Of a stretch of DNA of 43,561 bases, positions 1 through 9,473 are shown piece by piece. The position numbers and the translations under genes were made by a program. Under the pieces are notes generated by a model. It saw only the letters and a program-made list of their open reading frames with translations, did no database searches and was not told the DNA's origin. The DNA is from an uncultured Candidatus Saccharibacteria bacterium (GTDB lineage: Bacteria > Patescibacteriota > Minisyncoccia > Phycocordibacterales > GWA1-40-21), in the NCBI GenBank assembly GCA_964539415.1, contig CAZIID010000002.1, forward strand, positions 2,819 through 46,379. The letters run 5' to 3'. The stretch's first letter is position 1; every line of letters begins with the position of its first letter.

Positions 1-173
1 TTCACATTAAACTTTATCCAATACACGGACTCAACGAAAAGTTTGTGGAAACATGGGCAAATGATAAAATATATTTTGATAAATACACTGGATATATTTC
101 TACACAACTTGGTCCAGAAGCTTCTGCTGAAAAAAGAAAAGAAGTTGCAGAAAAAATATTGAAAAATCAGTAA
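1..173 (+). CDS. 3' end of an unidentified protein-coding gene (5' part outside the window)
   Basis: Frame open from the window edge to TAA at 171-173 (...HIKLYPIHGLNEKFVETWANDKIYFDKYTGYISTQLGPEASAEKRKEVAEKILKNQ*). No family recognised. Confidence 0.4.
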   Translation, partial: HIKLYPIHGLNEKFVETWANDKIYFDKYTGYISTQLGPEASAEKRKEVAEKILKNQ

Positions 174-196
174 ATGTGATAAAATTATTGGAATAA

Positions 197-937
197 ATGG
201 AAACAGAAGCAAAAAAAGTATGTTACCTAGTTAAAACGGAAAGTTTTGAGGGTCCACTAGACCTTCTGCTTTCTCTTATAGAAAAAAGAAAGATGCTCAT
301 AAACGATGTTTCTCTTTCTAAGGTAGCAGATGACTATATTTGTTTCTTACAAAATAAAGAAATTTTTCCGATAAAAGATACTTCCGACTTTCTTGTTATT
401 GCTTCAACTCTTCTATTAATTAAATCAAAATCTCTATTACCAGGCCTTCATATTACAGAGGAAGAAAAATCCGACATCCATGATTTGGAATTAAAACTAA
501 AAATTTATAAAAGAATTAAAGAACTTAGTATTGCCATAAAAGAAAAATTTGGTAAGGAAATAATATATTTTCCAGAACAGAGAAAGTTTGAACCAGTATT
601 TTCTCCGGACGTTAGTATGAACAAAGAAAGCTTACTGAGTGCAATTTTTGAATCTATTAAAAATTTGCCGAAGGAAGAAAAGAAGCCAAAAGTTAAAATT
701 CAAAAGACAATTAGCCTTGAGGAGATGATAGGTAATCTAACAGAAAGAGTAAAAAGTAGCTTGAAAATGAGTTTTAAAGAGTTTGCTGGTATGGGCAAAG
801 TTGATAGAGTAAACGTGATTGTAAGTTTTCTTGCAATGCTTGAACTTGTAAAACAAGGTATAATAGACGCAACACAGAATGACAAGTATGGTGATATCCA
901 AATGGAAACAAAAGACGTTGGTGTGCCAAGTTACTGA
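197..937 (+). CDS. scpA: Segregation and condensation protein A (kleisin ScpA)
   Basis: N-terminal FEGPLDLLLSLIEKRKMLINDVSLSKVADDY matches the ScpA signature. Immediately followed by scpB. Confidence 0.85.
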   Translation: METEAKKVCYLVKTESFEGPLDLLLSLIEKRKMLINDVSLSKVADDYICFLQNKEIFPIKDTSDFLVIASTLLLIKSKSLLPGLHITEEEKSDIHDLELKLKIYKRIKELSIAIKEKFGKEIIYFPEQRKFEPVFSPDVSMNKESLLSAIFESIKNLPKEEKKPKVKIQKTISLEEMIGNLTERVKSSLKMSFKEFAGMGKVDRVNVIVSFLAMLELVKQGIIDATQNDKYGDIQMETKDVGVPSY

Positions 938-995
938 TATATATTATAACACACTTTTAAATTACAAAGGTTAAACCTTTGTAAAAAAAATAAAT

Positions 996-1667
996 ATGAA
1001 TCCAGAAGAAAATTCAATTAATAATGAAAGAGATTTATCAAAAGAACTTGAGGCTGTTTTGTTTTGGAAAGGCGAACCAGTATCAATAAAAAAACTTTCA
1101 CAAATTTTAGAAAAGCCTGAAGATGAAATTAATTTGTCTCTCAAAGAGCTAAAGGAAAAAATAGAGAAAAGGGGAGTGAACTTAATTTGGAAAGATGATG
1201 AAGTAACTCTCGGAACTTCAAAAGACACATCTGCATTGATTGAAAAACTAAGAAAAGATGAGCTTATTCGTGATCTTGGAAAAGCAGGACTTGAAACTTT
1301 ATCTATCATTATTTATAAAGGTCCAATTTCACGTGCAGAAATTGACTATATCAGGGGAGTGCAATCTACTTTTATTATTAGAAACTTAATGATTAGAGGC
1401 CTTATTGAAAAAATCTCCAATCCTACAGATCAGCGATCTTTTCTTTATAGACCAACTTTTGACCTATTATCTTTCTTGGGTGTTACAAAAATAGAAGAAA
1501 TGCCTGAATTTTTGAAAGTAAAAGAAGAATTTGAAAGCTACAAAAACAATCAGGAACCAGAAAATCAAAAAGAAGAAGCAAACCCCCAAGAACAAATTAT
1601 GCCCGAAGAACAACCAGAAGAAATAGAAGGAAATGAAGAAAAACCAGAAAAAGACTTGACGGAATAG
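996..1667 (+). CDS. scpB: Segregation and condensation protein B (ScpB) with acidic P/E-rich tail
   Basis: EAVLFWKGEPVSIKKLSQIL and ETLSIIIYKGPISRAEIDYIRGV (two winged-helix repeats) are typical of ScpB. Synteny with scpA. Confidence 0.85.
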   Translation: MNPEENSINNERDLSKELEAVLFWKGEPVSIKKLSQILEKPEDEINLSLKELKEKIEKRGVNLIWKDDEVTLGTSKDTSALIEKLRKDELIRDLGKAGLETLSIIIYKGPISRAEIDYIRGVQSTFIIRNLMIRGLIEKISNPTDQRSFLYRPTFDLLSFLGVTKIEEMPEFLKVKEEFESYKNNQEPENQKEEANPQEQIMPEEQPEEIEGNEEKPEKDLTE

Positions 1668-1690
1668 GAAAAAAAAAGGAAAATACGACT

Positions 1691-2653
1691 ATGAATCGTA
1701 TTTTTTCTTTTTTAAAGGAAAAAAGGGTTGAGTGTATTTTGACGCTTGTAGGCGTCATTTTGATGTTGATACTTATTTTATTATATAAAGACCCTACTCC
1801 TATTAAAAAGATAGAAATACAAAAAATAAATAACTCAAAAACCTCTATACAGAGACGTGAAAAAATATCTAAAAATTTATCAGAAAACATAGAAGCAAAA
1901 TCATTTTATGTTTTAGATATGAATACCAGCAAAATGATTTTTGCAAAAAATGAAAATGAAAAAATGCCTTTGGCATCACTTACCAAACTAATGTCTTCTC
2001 TGGTTATTTCAGAAAACCTACCATCTTTTACTTCTATTCCAATTACAAAAGACTCTCTTTCGATTCAAGGTGATAACGGTCTATATTTAAATGAGGACTG
2101 GAAATTAAAAGATTTGATGGATTTTAGTTTGATTACTTCTTCAAACGACGGAATGTTTGCATTAGCATCTGTATTGAATGCTTTTGAATCAACCGACAAT
2201 AAAAATACAGTAATTTTAATGAACCAAAAAGCAAAAGAATTAAATCTATCAAATACTGAATTTTTTAATGAAACTGGCTTGGATTTAGATAGTGGTGGAA
2301 GTGGAGGTTTTTCGTCTTCAAAAGATACAGCAAACTTAATCTCTTATATATTAAAAAATAATATGAGTTTGTTATCGGCTACCGCTGCGCCAGAATCCAA
2401 AATAACTTCAGAAAGCAACATCGTTCACGTCGCAAAAAATACCAATCAACTTTCAGAAAAAATACCGTCACTTATCGCTTCAAAAACTGGTTTTACAGAT
2501 CTTGCCGGGGGAAATTTGGCAATCTCCTTTGAAGTTGGTCCATCAAAACCTGTAATAGCTGTGATAATGGGATCAAGTATTGATGGAAGATTTACAGATA
2601 TGGAAAAAGTTGTAAATTCAACCTTACAATATTATTCAAATTTAGATTTATAA
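1691..2653 (+). CDS. D-alanyl-D-alanine carboxypeptidase (S11, PBP5-like), membrane anchored
   Basis: SxxK (ASLTKLM), SxN (SSND) and KTG (SKTGFT) motifs in the correct order. N-terminal TM segment. Confidence 0.8.
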   Translation: MNRIFSFLKEKRVECILTLVGVILMLILILLYKDPTPIKKIEIQKINNSKTSIQRREKISKNLSENIEAKSFYVLDMNTSKMIFAKNENEKMPLASLTKLMSSLVISENLPSFTSIPITKDSLSIQGDNGLYLNEDWKLKDLMDFSLITSSNDGMFALASVLNAFESTDNKNTVILMNQKAKELNLSNTEFFNETGLDLDSGGSGGFSSSKDTANLISYILKNNMSLLSATAAPESKITSESNIVHVAKNTNQLSEKIPSLIASKTGFTDLAGGNLAISFEVGPSKPVIAVIMGSSIDGRFTDMEKVVNSTLQYYSNLDL

Positions 2654-2682
2654 AAATATATTTTTTTGCTATAATAGTGCTT

Positions 2683-3756
2683 ATGGAAATAAATATATTA
2701 AAGGTTTTCTTGCCTTCACTTTTTGCATTCATAGTGGGTATAGCTATTACACCAATACTTACAAATTGGCTTTATAAGAATGAAATGTGGAAGAAGAAAG
2801 CCAAGACTGTTTCTACAATAGATGGACAAGGAACTCCGCTTTTTAATAAACTTCATGCAGAGAGGGAAGTCAGCACTCCAAGACTTGGTGGCATAGTCAT
2901 ATGGATGTCTGCCCTAATAACAATAATATTCTTTTGGCTTATCGCAAAAATTATTCCTACAGACACAACATCAAAATTTGATTTTTTCAGCAGAAGTCAA
3001 ACATGGATTCCGCTATTCACTCTTATCTCAGGAGCTATCATTGGTGCGGTAGATGACTGGTTTGATATTAAAGGCATCGTCGGAAGTAATATTTCTGGTG
3101 GATTATCACTCAAAAAAAGACTTCTTCTCGTTGGTATTATTTCTTTAATAATTTCTTTATGGTTTTATTTTAAACTCGGAATAAGTTCTGTAGATATTCC
3201 ATGGTTTGGAGAATTAAATATTGGTATCTTTTTTATACCACTTTTTATTTTGGTAACTGTCGGAATATATTCTGGTGGAGTTATAGACGGACTCGACGGA
3301 CTTGCTGGTGGAGTTTTTGCTTCAATGTTTACAGCTTATGCCGGTATCGCTTTTTTTCAAAATCAAATAGATATTGCAGCTTTTTGTGCTGTTATAGTTG
3401 GAGCGATACTTGCATTCCTTTGGTTCAATATTCCTCCTGCTAGATTTTATATGTCAGAGACAGGAAGTATGGCACTCACCATAACCCTTGCCGTTATAGC
3501 TTTTATGACAGATTCGCTTGGAGAAGGATACGGAGTTTCTGCATTACTCATCATTGCACTTCCTCTTGTTGTTACTTCTCTTTCCGTTATTATTCAAGTT
3601 ATTTCAAAAAAGTTTAGAAAGAAAAAAGTATTTTTAATTGCACCTCTCCATCATCATTTTGAAGCAAAAGGCTGGCCGGCATACAAAGTAACTATGAGAT
3701 ATTGGGTTGTATCTCTCGTGTGTGCAATTTTGGGAATGATATTAGCTTTAATGTAA
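2683..3756 (+). CDS. mraY: Phospho-N-acetylmuramoyl-pentapeptide transferase
   Basis: Multi-TM protein with AVDDWFD, IDGLDGLAGG and C-terminal APLHHHFE motifs. ATG at 2683 lies 7 nt after TATAAT (2670-2675). The ORF-track GTG at 2677 is an alternative start. Confidence 0.9.
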   Translation: MEINILKVFLPSLFAFIVGIAITPILTNWLYKNEMWKKKAKTVSTIDGQGTPLFNKLHAEREVSTPRLGGIVIWMSALITIIFFWLIAKIIPTDTTSKFDFFSRSQTWIPLFTLISGAIIGAVDDWFDIKGIVGSNISGGLSLKKRLLLVGIISLIISLWFYFKLGISSVDIPWFGELNIGIFFIPLFILVTVGIYSGGVIDGLDGLAGGVFASMFTAYAGIAFFQNQIDIAAFCAVIVGAILAFLWFNIPPARFYMSETGSMALTITLAVIAFMTDSLGEGYGVSALLIIALPLVVTSLSVIIQVISKKFRKKKVFLIAPLHHHFEAKGWPAYKVTMRYWVVSLVCAILGMILALM

Positions 3757-3757
3757 A

Positions 3758-4882
3758 ATGCCTTTTCTCACAAAAAACAAACCAATAGACAAAATGCTTT
3801 TGACTTCATTCCTTCTACTTTTAATACCCGGTTTTTTTGTGTTTATTTCAGCATCCTTCGGAGTACTGGCAAATGATAGCAACAAGTTTAACTCGATGAC
3901 TTTTAATCATTTGTTTTTTGGACTATTTCTTGGATTAATAGCTTGTATAATACTTTCAAAAATTGATCACAAATTTTTAAGAAAATATTCTTTTTATTTT
4001 TTTCTTTTGTCAGTAATATTCACACTAATGGTTTTTGTCCCTGGAGTTGGCATGACACTAAAAGGCGCAACACGTTGGATAAATGTCTTTGGTGTGTCAA
4101 TACAACCCGTTGAATTTTTAAAAATAGGTTTTTTAATATACTGGGCAGCGTGGCTTGCATATACGAAAGACAAAATACAAACATTTAAATACGGTCTACT
4201 ACCTTTTATCATAATGATGTCAATTATAGGTTTAGTTTTACTTTTTCAACCAGATTTTGATGCTTTTCTAATTTTTGGTACAACAGCACTTTCAATGTTT
4301 GTTGTTGCTGGTGCCAAGTGGAAACACATAGGAATGTTGGCTATTATTGCAGTTGTTATTTCTTCAATATTCTTAATGACAAACAACTACGCACTTGATA
4401 GAGTTAAAACTTTTTTTACAAACACAGCTGACTCACAAAATTCTGGATATCAAATAAATCAATCGACAATAGCGATAGGTTCGGGACAATTATTTGGTAG
4501 AGGTTATGGTCAAGGTATACAAAAGTTCAGATTTTTACCGGAAACTATGAGTGATTCCATCTTTGCAGTTATTGGTGAAGAAACGGGTTTTATTGGAAGC
4601 CTATTGATTATAGTTTTTTTCTTATTCTTTTTGTTTTCTGGAATACGAATTTCAAGGCAATCCGCAGATTCTTTTGGTGGACTTTTGGCATTTGGAATTG
4701 TTATACTGATATTAACCCAGTCTTTTTTGAATATTGGGTCAATGCTCGGCGTTGTACCACTTGCCGGAACACCTCTTGTTTTCTTTAGTCACGGAGGAAC
4801 AGCTATGATGTCTTCACTTATAATGATCGGGATACTACTCAGTATTTCAAGACACAAAACAACAGGTATCCGCATTGAATAA
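3758..4882 (+). CDS. ftsW: SEDS-family peptidoglycan polymerase (FtsW/RodA)
   Basis: Polytopic membrane protein with QPVEFLKI, PETMSDSIFAVIGEETGFIG and PLAGTPLVFFSHGGT motifs. Located between mraY and murG. Confidence 0.8.
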   Translation: MPFLTKNKPIDKMLLTSFLLLLIPGFFVFISASFGVLANDSNKFNSMTFNHLFFGLFLGLIACIILSKIDHKFLRKYSFYFFLLSVIFTLMVFVPGVGMTLKGATRWINVFGVSIQPVEFLKIGFLIYWAAWLAYTKDKIQTFKYGLLPFIIMMSIIGLVLLFQPDFDAFLIFGTTALSMFVVAGAKWKHIGMLAIIAVVISSIFLMTNNYALDRVKTFFTNTADSQNSGYQINQSTIAIGSGQLFGRGYGQGIQKFRFLPETMSDSIFAVIGEETGFIGSLLIIVFFLFFLFSGIRISRQSADSFGGLLAFGIVILILTQSFLNIGSMLGVVPLAGTPLVFFSHGGTAMMSSLIMIGILLSISRHKTTGIRIE

Positions 4883-4950
4883 CTAACAAAATATTTTATA
4901 AGCTTTAAAAAAATAAACCTAAAACAATACAAATTGTTCGGACAACAAAT

Positions 4951-6081
4951 ATGAAAATACTTTTAACAGGCGGTGGAACAGGAGGACATTTTTATCCTCT
5001 AATAGCTGTGGCTCAAGAAATAAATAATCTAGTAAAAGAAGAGAAACTTCTTCCTGCTACTATTTATTTTATGTCTGATTCACCTTACGATACCGAAGCT
5101 CTTCTTCAAAATAATATTATCTTCATTCAAAATTCTGCAGGAAAAGTCAGAAGGTATTTTTCTTTGTTAAATGTTTTAGATTTTTTTAAGACTGGATGGG
5201 GTCTCGTCTCGTCTTGTATTAAGATTTTTAATCTTTTCCCTGATGTGATTTTTAGCAAAGGAGGTTATGCAAGCTTTCCTGTTTTATTTGCAGCTAGACT
5301 TTTTAAAATACCAGTGATTATTCATGAATCTGATAGTGTTCCAGGAAAAACAAATCTATGGGCTGGAAAATTTGCAAAGAAAATTGCAGTGTCTTATCCA
5401 GAAACCGCAGAATTTTTCAATAGAACAAAAGTAGCTTATACAGGTAATCCTATTAGAAAAGATATTTTACAACCTTCTTTAAGAGAAAAAGGCGTTGAAT
5501 ATTTTCATCTTGAAAACAGCATAAAAACTATCCTAGTACTTGGTGGATCTCTCGGTGCACAAAAAATAAACGACCAAATTCTTGGAGTTTTGCCAAAACT
5601 TTTAGAAAAATATAATGTAATCCATCAAACAGGTAAAAAGAACATAGAAGAAATACTGCAAACTGTCGGTGTTATCTTAGAAAATAGTGAATATAAAAAA
5701 AGATATAAACCGCAAGATTACATGGACGATCTATCACTCAGTATGGCTGCGGGAGCATCAGACTTAGTAATCTCAAGAGCAGGTTCAACAATCTTTGAAA
5801 TATCAAGTTGGGGTGTTCCTAGTATTATAATTCCTATTACAGACTCAAACGGTGATCACCAAAGAAAAAATGCTTTTTCATACGCAAGAAGTGGAGGTGC
5901 TGTAGTTATAGAAGAAATAAATTTATCACCAAACGTTCTCTTGTCTGAAATAAATAGACTTCTCTCTGATGAAGAATTATTAAAAAAGATGAAAATTGGA
6001 GCAAAAAGTTTTATAAAGACAGACGCATCAAGAACAATAGCAAAAGAGATATTAGAAATAGGATTAAAACATGAAAAATAA
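4951..6081 (+). CDS. murG: Undecaprenyl-PP-MurNAc-pentapeptide GlcNAc transferase
   Basis: N-terminal GGGTGGHFYP loop, GGSLGAQ and ISRAGSTIFE motifs. dcw-cluster context. Confidence 0.9.
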   Translation: MKILLTGGGTGGHFYPLIAVAQEINNLVKEEKLLPATIYFMSDSPYDTEALLQNNIIFIQNSAGKVRRYFSLLNVLDFFKTGWGLVSSCIKIFNLFPDVIFSKGGYASFPVLFAARLFKIPVIIHESDSVPGKTNLWAGKFAKKIAVSYPETAEFFNRTKVAYTGNPIRKDILQPSLREKGVEYFHLENSIKTILVLGGSLGAQKINDQILGVLPKLLEKYNVIHQTGKKNIEEILQTVGVILENSEYKKRYKPQDYMDDLSLSMAAGASDLVISRAGSTIFEISSWGVPSIIIPITDSNGDHQRKNAFSYARSGGAVVIEEINLSPNVLLSEINRLLSDEELLKKMKIGAKSFIKTDASRTIAKEILEIGLKHEK

Positions 6082-7414
6082 AAACGAAAAAATAGTTGTA
6101 AGATTTGCACCGAGCCCAACAGGGCTTTTCCATGTTGGAAGTGCTAGAGTTGCTCTTTTTAATTATTTATATGCCAAGCAAAATGGTGGTAAATTTGTAT
6201 TAAGGATTGAAGATACAGATAAGATACGTTCAACAAAAGAATCTGAAGATGACATTATGACAGGAATAAAATGGCTTGGTTTTGAATATGATGAATTTTT
6301 TAGACAATCAGAGAGGGAAGGGGTTTACAAAAAGTATTTAGAGAAATTAATCAGCGAAGATAAGGCCTATATATCAAAAGAAGAAGTAAAAGAAGAAGGT
6401 CAAAGAGCTGAAGTTATTAGATTCAGAAACCCAAACAAAAAAGTTAAATTTAATGACCTTATTAGGGGTGATATAGAATTCGACACTACTGAGCTTGGAG
6501 ATTTCGTTATTGCAAAAAGTTTAGAGGAACCAGTATTCCATTTGGTAGTCGTAATTGACGATTTTGAAATGGGCGTCACTCACATCATACGAGGTGAAGA
6601 TCATATCTCTAATACTCCAAGACACATACTGATCCAAGAAGCGATAGGAGCTCCAGAACCTTCATACGCACACTTACCACTCATGCTTGCAGAAGACAGA
6701 GCTAAACTTTCAAAAAGAAAACATGGAGAGATGACTTCCGTAAAATATTATCAAAAAATGGGATATATGCCTGAAGCCTTTATTAATTTTCTAGCTTTTG
6801 TCGGTTGGAATCCTGGAACTGAAAAAGAAATGTATTCTTTGGAAGAATTAATAAAAGAATTTGATATATCTAAAGTCCAAAAAGCTGGTGCTATTTTCAA
6901 TAAAGAAAAATTGCTTTGGTATAACAAAGAATATATAAAAAAGCTTCCTCTTGAGATAGTAGAAAAAGAAATAGCTTCTAGGCTACCTGAAAGCTACAGA
7001 AATCATCCAAATTTAAAACTTGTATGTAATACAATAGTAGATAGAATTAATGTTTGGTCAGATGTAGAAAAAATGTTGTCCGATAGGGAAGTGCAGTATT
7101 TCTTTGAAAAACCTGAGTATGAAAAAGAAATGCTCGTTTGGAAAAAAGATGGTTCTATTGAGCAATCAAAAGAATATTTAAATTTAATTTTAAATATAAT
7201 TGAAAAAACAGAAAATACTGATTTTACTCCTGAAAAGATAAAATTAATCCTTTGGCCAATTGCTGAAGAAAAAGGAAAAGGGAACACACTTTGGCCACTT
7301 AGGGTTTCCCTATCTGGAAAAGAAAAATCTCCAGATCCTTTTGCTTTACTTTCTATATTTGGCAAAGAAGAGTCTATAGAAAGAATAAAACAAGCGATTA
7401 AAATGCTCTCTTAG
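6071..7414 (+). CDS. gltX: Glutamyl-tRNA synthetase
   Basis: Class I HIGH (HVGSAR) and KMSKS-type (KLSKR) motifs, RIEDTD block. Start overlaps the murG end by 11 nt. Confidence 0.9.
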   Translation: MKNKNEKIVVRFAPSPTGLFHVGSARVALFNYLYAKQNGGKFVLRIEDTDKIRSTKESEDDIMTGIKWLGFEYDEFFRQSEREGVYKKYLEKLISEDKAYISKEEVKEEGQRAEVIRFRNPNKKVKFNDLIRGDIEFDTTELGDFVIAKSLEEPVFHLVVVIDDFEMGVTHIIRGEDHISNTPRHILIQEAIGAPEPSYAHLPLMLAEDRAKLSKRKHGEMTSVKYYQKMGYMPEAFINFLAFVGWNPGTEKEMYSLEELIKEFDISKVQKAGAIFNKEKLLWYNKEYIKKLPLEIVEKEIASRLPESYRNHPNLKLVCNTIVDRINVWSDVEKMLSDREVQYFFEKPEYEKEMLVWKKDGSIEQSKEYLNLILNIIEKTENTDFTPEKIKLILWPIAEEKGKGNTLWPLRVSLSGKEKSPDPFALLSIFGKEESIERIKQAIKMLS

Positions 7415-7421
7415 AATTAAA

Positions 7422-8708
7422 ATGCTTAATGTTAGAAATTTTGATAAAAAAATTATTCTTGTTTCGATATTAAGCTTCTTCTTTTTGTATATATTTTGTT
7501 TTTCTGCCGAGACCCAATCTATAGATGAAATAAAATCAAAAATAACTACTACAAACCAAAACAAAGCCGAACTCGAAAAAGAAATTGAAAAATACCAGAA
7601 TGAATTAAAAACAATAAGTAAGCAGGCAAGTACACTTGCAAATACAGTCAAAACTCTTGAAGCAACAGAAAAAAAGATTACTGCTGATATAAAGCTGACT
7701 GAGACAAATATAAAAACAACAGAACTTGATATTGATGAGCTTGGTATTGAAATACAAAAACAAGAAAAAAGTATTGGTAAAAATAGCACAGCTATAGCAA
7801 CGGCGGTGAGAGAAATAGATGAATTAGACAAAACAAGCCTAGTAGAAACTCTTTTGAGCTATGAAAGCCTTTCTGAATTTTGGAATAATAGTGAAGACTT
7901 ATATAGATTCCAAAACAGCTTAAAATCTAAATTAGTACAGAACAAAGAAGCAAAAACTGCACTAGAAGCAGATAAGAAAAAAGCAGAAACTAAAAAAAAG
8001 GATTTGGAATCTCTCAAAACCGAACTTGCAGATAAAAAAGTTATATTACAATCCAACAAAAAGGATCAAAATAAACTTCTTTCAGACACAAAAAATAAAG
8101 AATCAACATACAAAACCATGTTGAGTGAAAAACAAAAACTTAATGACGCCCTTGATAATGAACTTGCTCAATATGAGTCACAATTAAAATTTGCTTTGGA
8201 TAAAAATACTATCCCAAAAGCTGGCTCTGGAGTTTTGTCTTGGCCACTTGAAAAAGTATTTATAACTCAAGGTTTTGGTATGACTGATTTTGCAAAGTCT
8301 GGAGCTTACAATGGTAAAGCACATAACGGAATAGACTTCAGAGCTTCTATCGGCACAAAAATAATGTCGGCTGGAAGCGGTATAGTAAAAGGCACAGGAG
8401 ATACAGATATTGTGTGTCCTGGTGCATCTTGGGGTAAATGGGTTCTTATTGAACACGGAAATGGCCTCAGTACTATCTATGGCCACATGTCACTTGTTAA
8501 GGTTACTGAAGGTCAAACAGTCTTTGTTGGAGATACAATTGGTTACAGTGGTAACACAGGATATTCAACTGGACCTCATTTACACTTAACAGTTTATGCT
8601 TCAACTGGAGTTCAAGTTACAAGTTTAAAAAGTTCCGTATGTAAAGGTACATACAGAATACCTATAGCTAATCCAAACGCGTATCTTGATCCTATGTTAT
8701 ATTTATAA
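7422..8708 (+). CDS. Secreted coiled-coil M23 (LytM-type) peptidoglycan endopeptidase
   Basis: Signal peptide, about 250 aa of K/E-rich coiled coil, then C-terminal M23 motifs HNGIDF and GPHLHLTVY. Confidence 0.85.
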   Translation: MLNVRNFDKKIILVSILSFFFLYIFCFSAETQSIDEIKSKITTTNQNKAELEKEIEKYQNELKTISKQASTLANTVKTLEATEKKITADIKLTETNIKTTELDIDELGIEIQKQEKSIGKNSTAIATAVREIDELDKTSLVETLLSYESLSEFWNNSEDLYRFQNSLKSKLVQNKEAKTALEADKKKAETKKKDLESLKTELADKKVILQSNKKDQNKLLSDTKNKESTYKTMLSEKQKLNDALDNELAQYESQLKFALDKNTIPKAGSGVLSWPLEKVFITQGFGMTDFAKSGAYNGKAHNGIDFRASIGTKIMSAGSGIVKGTGDTDIVCPGASWGKWVLIEHGNGLSTIYGHMSLVKVTEGQTVFVGDTIGYSGNTGYSTGPHLHLTVYASTGVQVTSLKSSVCKGTYRIPIANPNAYLDPMLYL

Positions 8709-8746
8709 TTTTTAATATATAATATAATTATTATTAAGTTAACTAT

Positions 8747-9013
8747 ATGAATATCGAAAAAAAAATAAATTACAGAAGGGGATTTATAAAAACAATTATA
8801 GTAATAATTATTGCTCTAATTATTTTGGGATGGTTTGGTTTTGATGTAGAGAGCATTATAAAATCAGACAAGGTCCAAAAGAATTTAAACTATGTTTGGG
8901 ATATCGTAGTTCGCCTCTGGGACAACTATCTTGCTGGTCCTGTGATATTCGTTTGGGACAAGATTGTTGTAGGAATGCTCTGGGAATCGCTTCAGAAGAT
9001 ATTCAATCATTAA
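8747..9013 (+). CDS. Small membrane protein, unknown function
   Basis: 88-aa ORF with one clear TM segment (IIVIIIALIILGWFGF), followed by a terminator. No family recognised. Confidence 0.5.
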   Translation: MNIEKKINYRRGFIKTIIVIIIALIILGWFGFDVESIIKSDKVQKNLNYVWDIVVRLWDNYLAGPVIFVWDKIVVGMLWESLQKIFNH

Positions 9014-9043
9014 TTAAGACTCATCAGTAAGGTTAAAATACTC

Positions 9044-9068
9044 AAAACCCCTAAAAGAGGGGTTTTTT
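9044..9068 (+). terminator. Rho-independent terminator
   Basis: CCCCT-aaaag-AGGGG hairpin followed by T6, 30 nt after the stop of 8747..9013. Confidence 0.8.
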
Positions 9069-9296
9069 GATAAAAGTGCAAAATAGAGGTTTTTGGGCAT
9101 TTTGACCATTTTAGTGATTTATTAATAAAGGGGGATTTAGAAAATAAATTAATATATTATTACTATACAAAAAATAATATATAAATAATATTTATAATAT
9201 TTTATTATGAGTTTTTTGATTCTTAAGTTCAAAAAAACTATTTTGCCTGAGGGAAGTGCTTTGTTATTAAACGGCCTATATTTTAATAGCTATATT

Positions 9297-9424
9297 ACCG
9301 CAAAGATATATTGTGCGACATAGTATTCTTATGAGCAAAGCGAATTAGAAGACTATTAGTACCCTTGTGGTGCGACATACATATAATTAAAGCCCCGGTA
9401 TTCCCCTCATACTTTAAAGGGGCA
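9297..9424 (+). repeat. Copy A of a two-copy conserved structured element (intergenic)
   Basis: Colinear identical blocks shared with the reverse complement of 34069..34251: TTGTGCGAC, (8/11) TTCTT region, GAGCAAAGCGA, TTAGAA, CTTGTGGTGCGA. Both copies also have a 3' ATTC..CCCCT-loop-GGGG hairpin. Confidence 0.7.
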
Positions 9425-9457
9425 AAAGAAAACCGAACCTGCAGACGCAAGTTCGGT
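9424..9457 (-). terminator. Rho-independent terminator of the NUDIX gene
   Basis: ACCGAAC/GTTCGGT stem. On the minus strand it is followed by TTTTCTTTT. Confidence 0.7.
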
Positions 9458-9473
9458 AATTTAAAAAAAGTTT

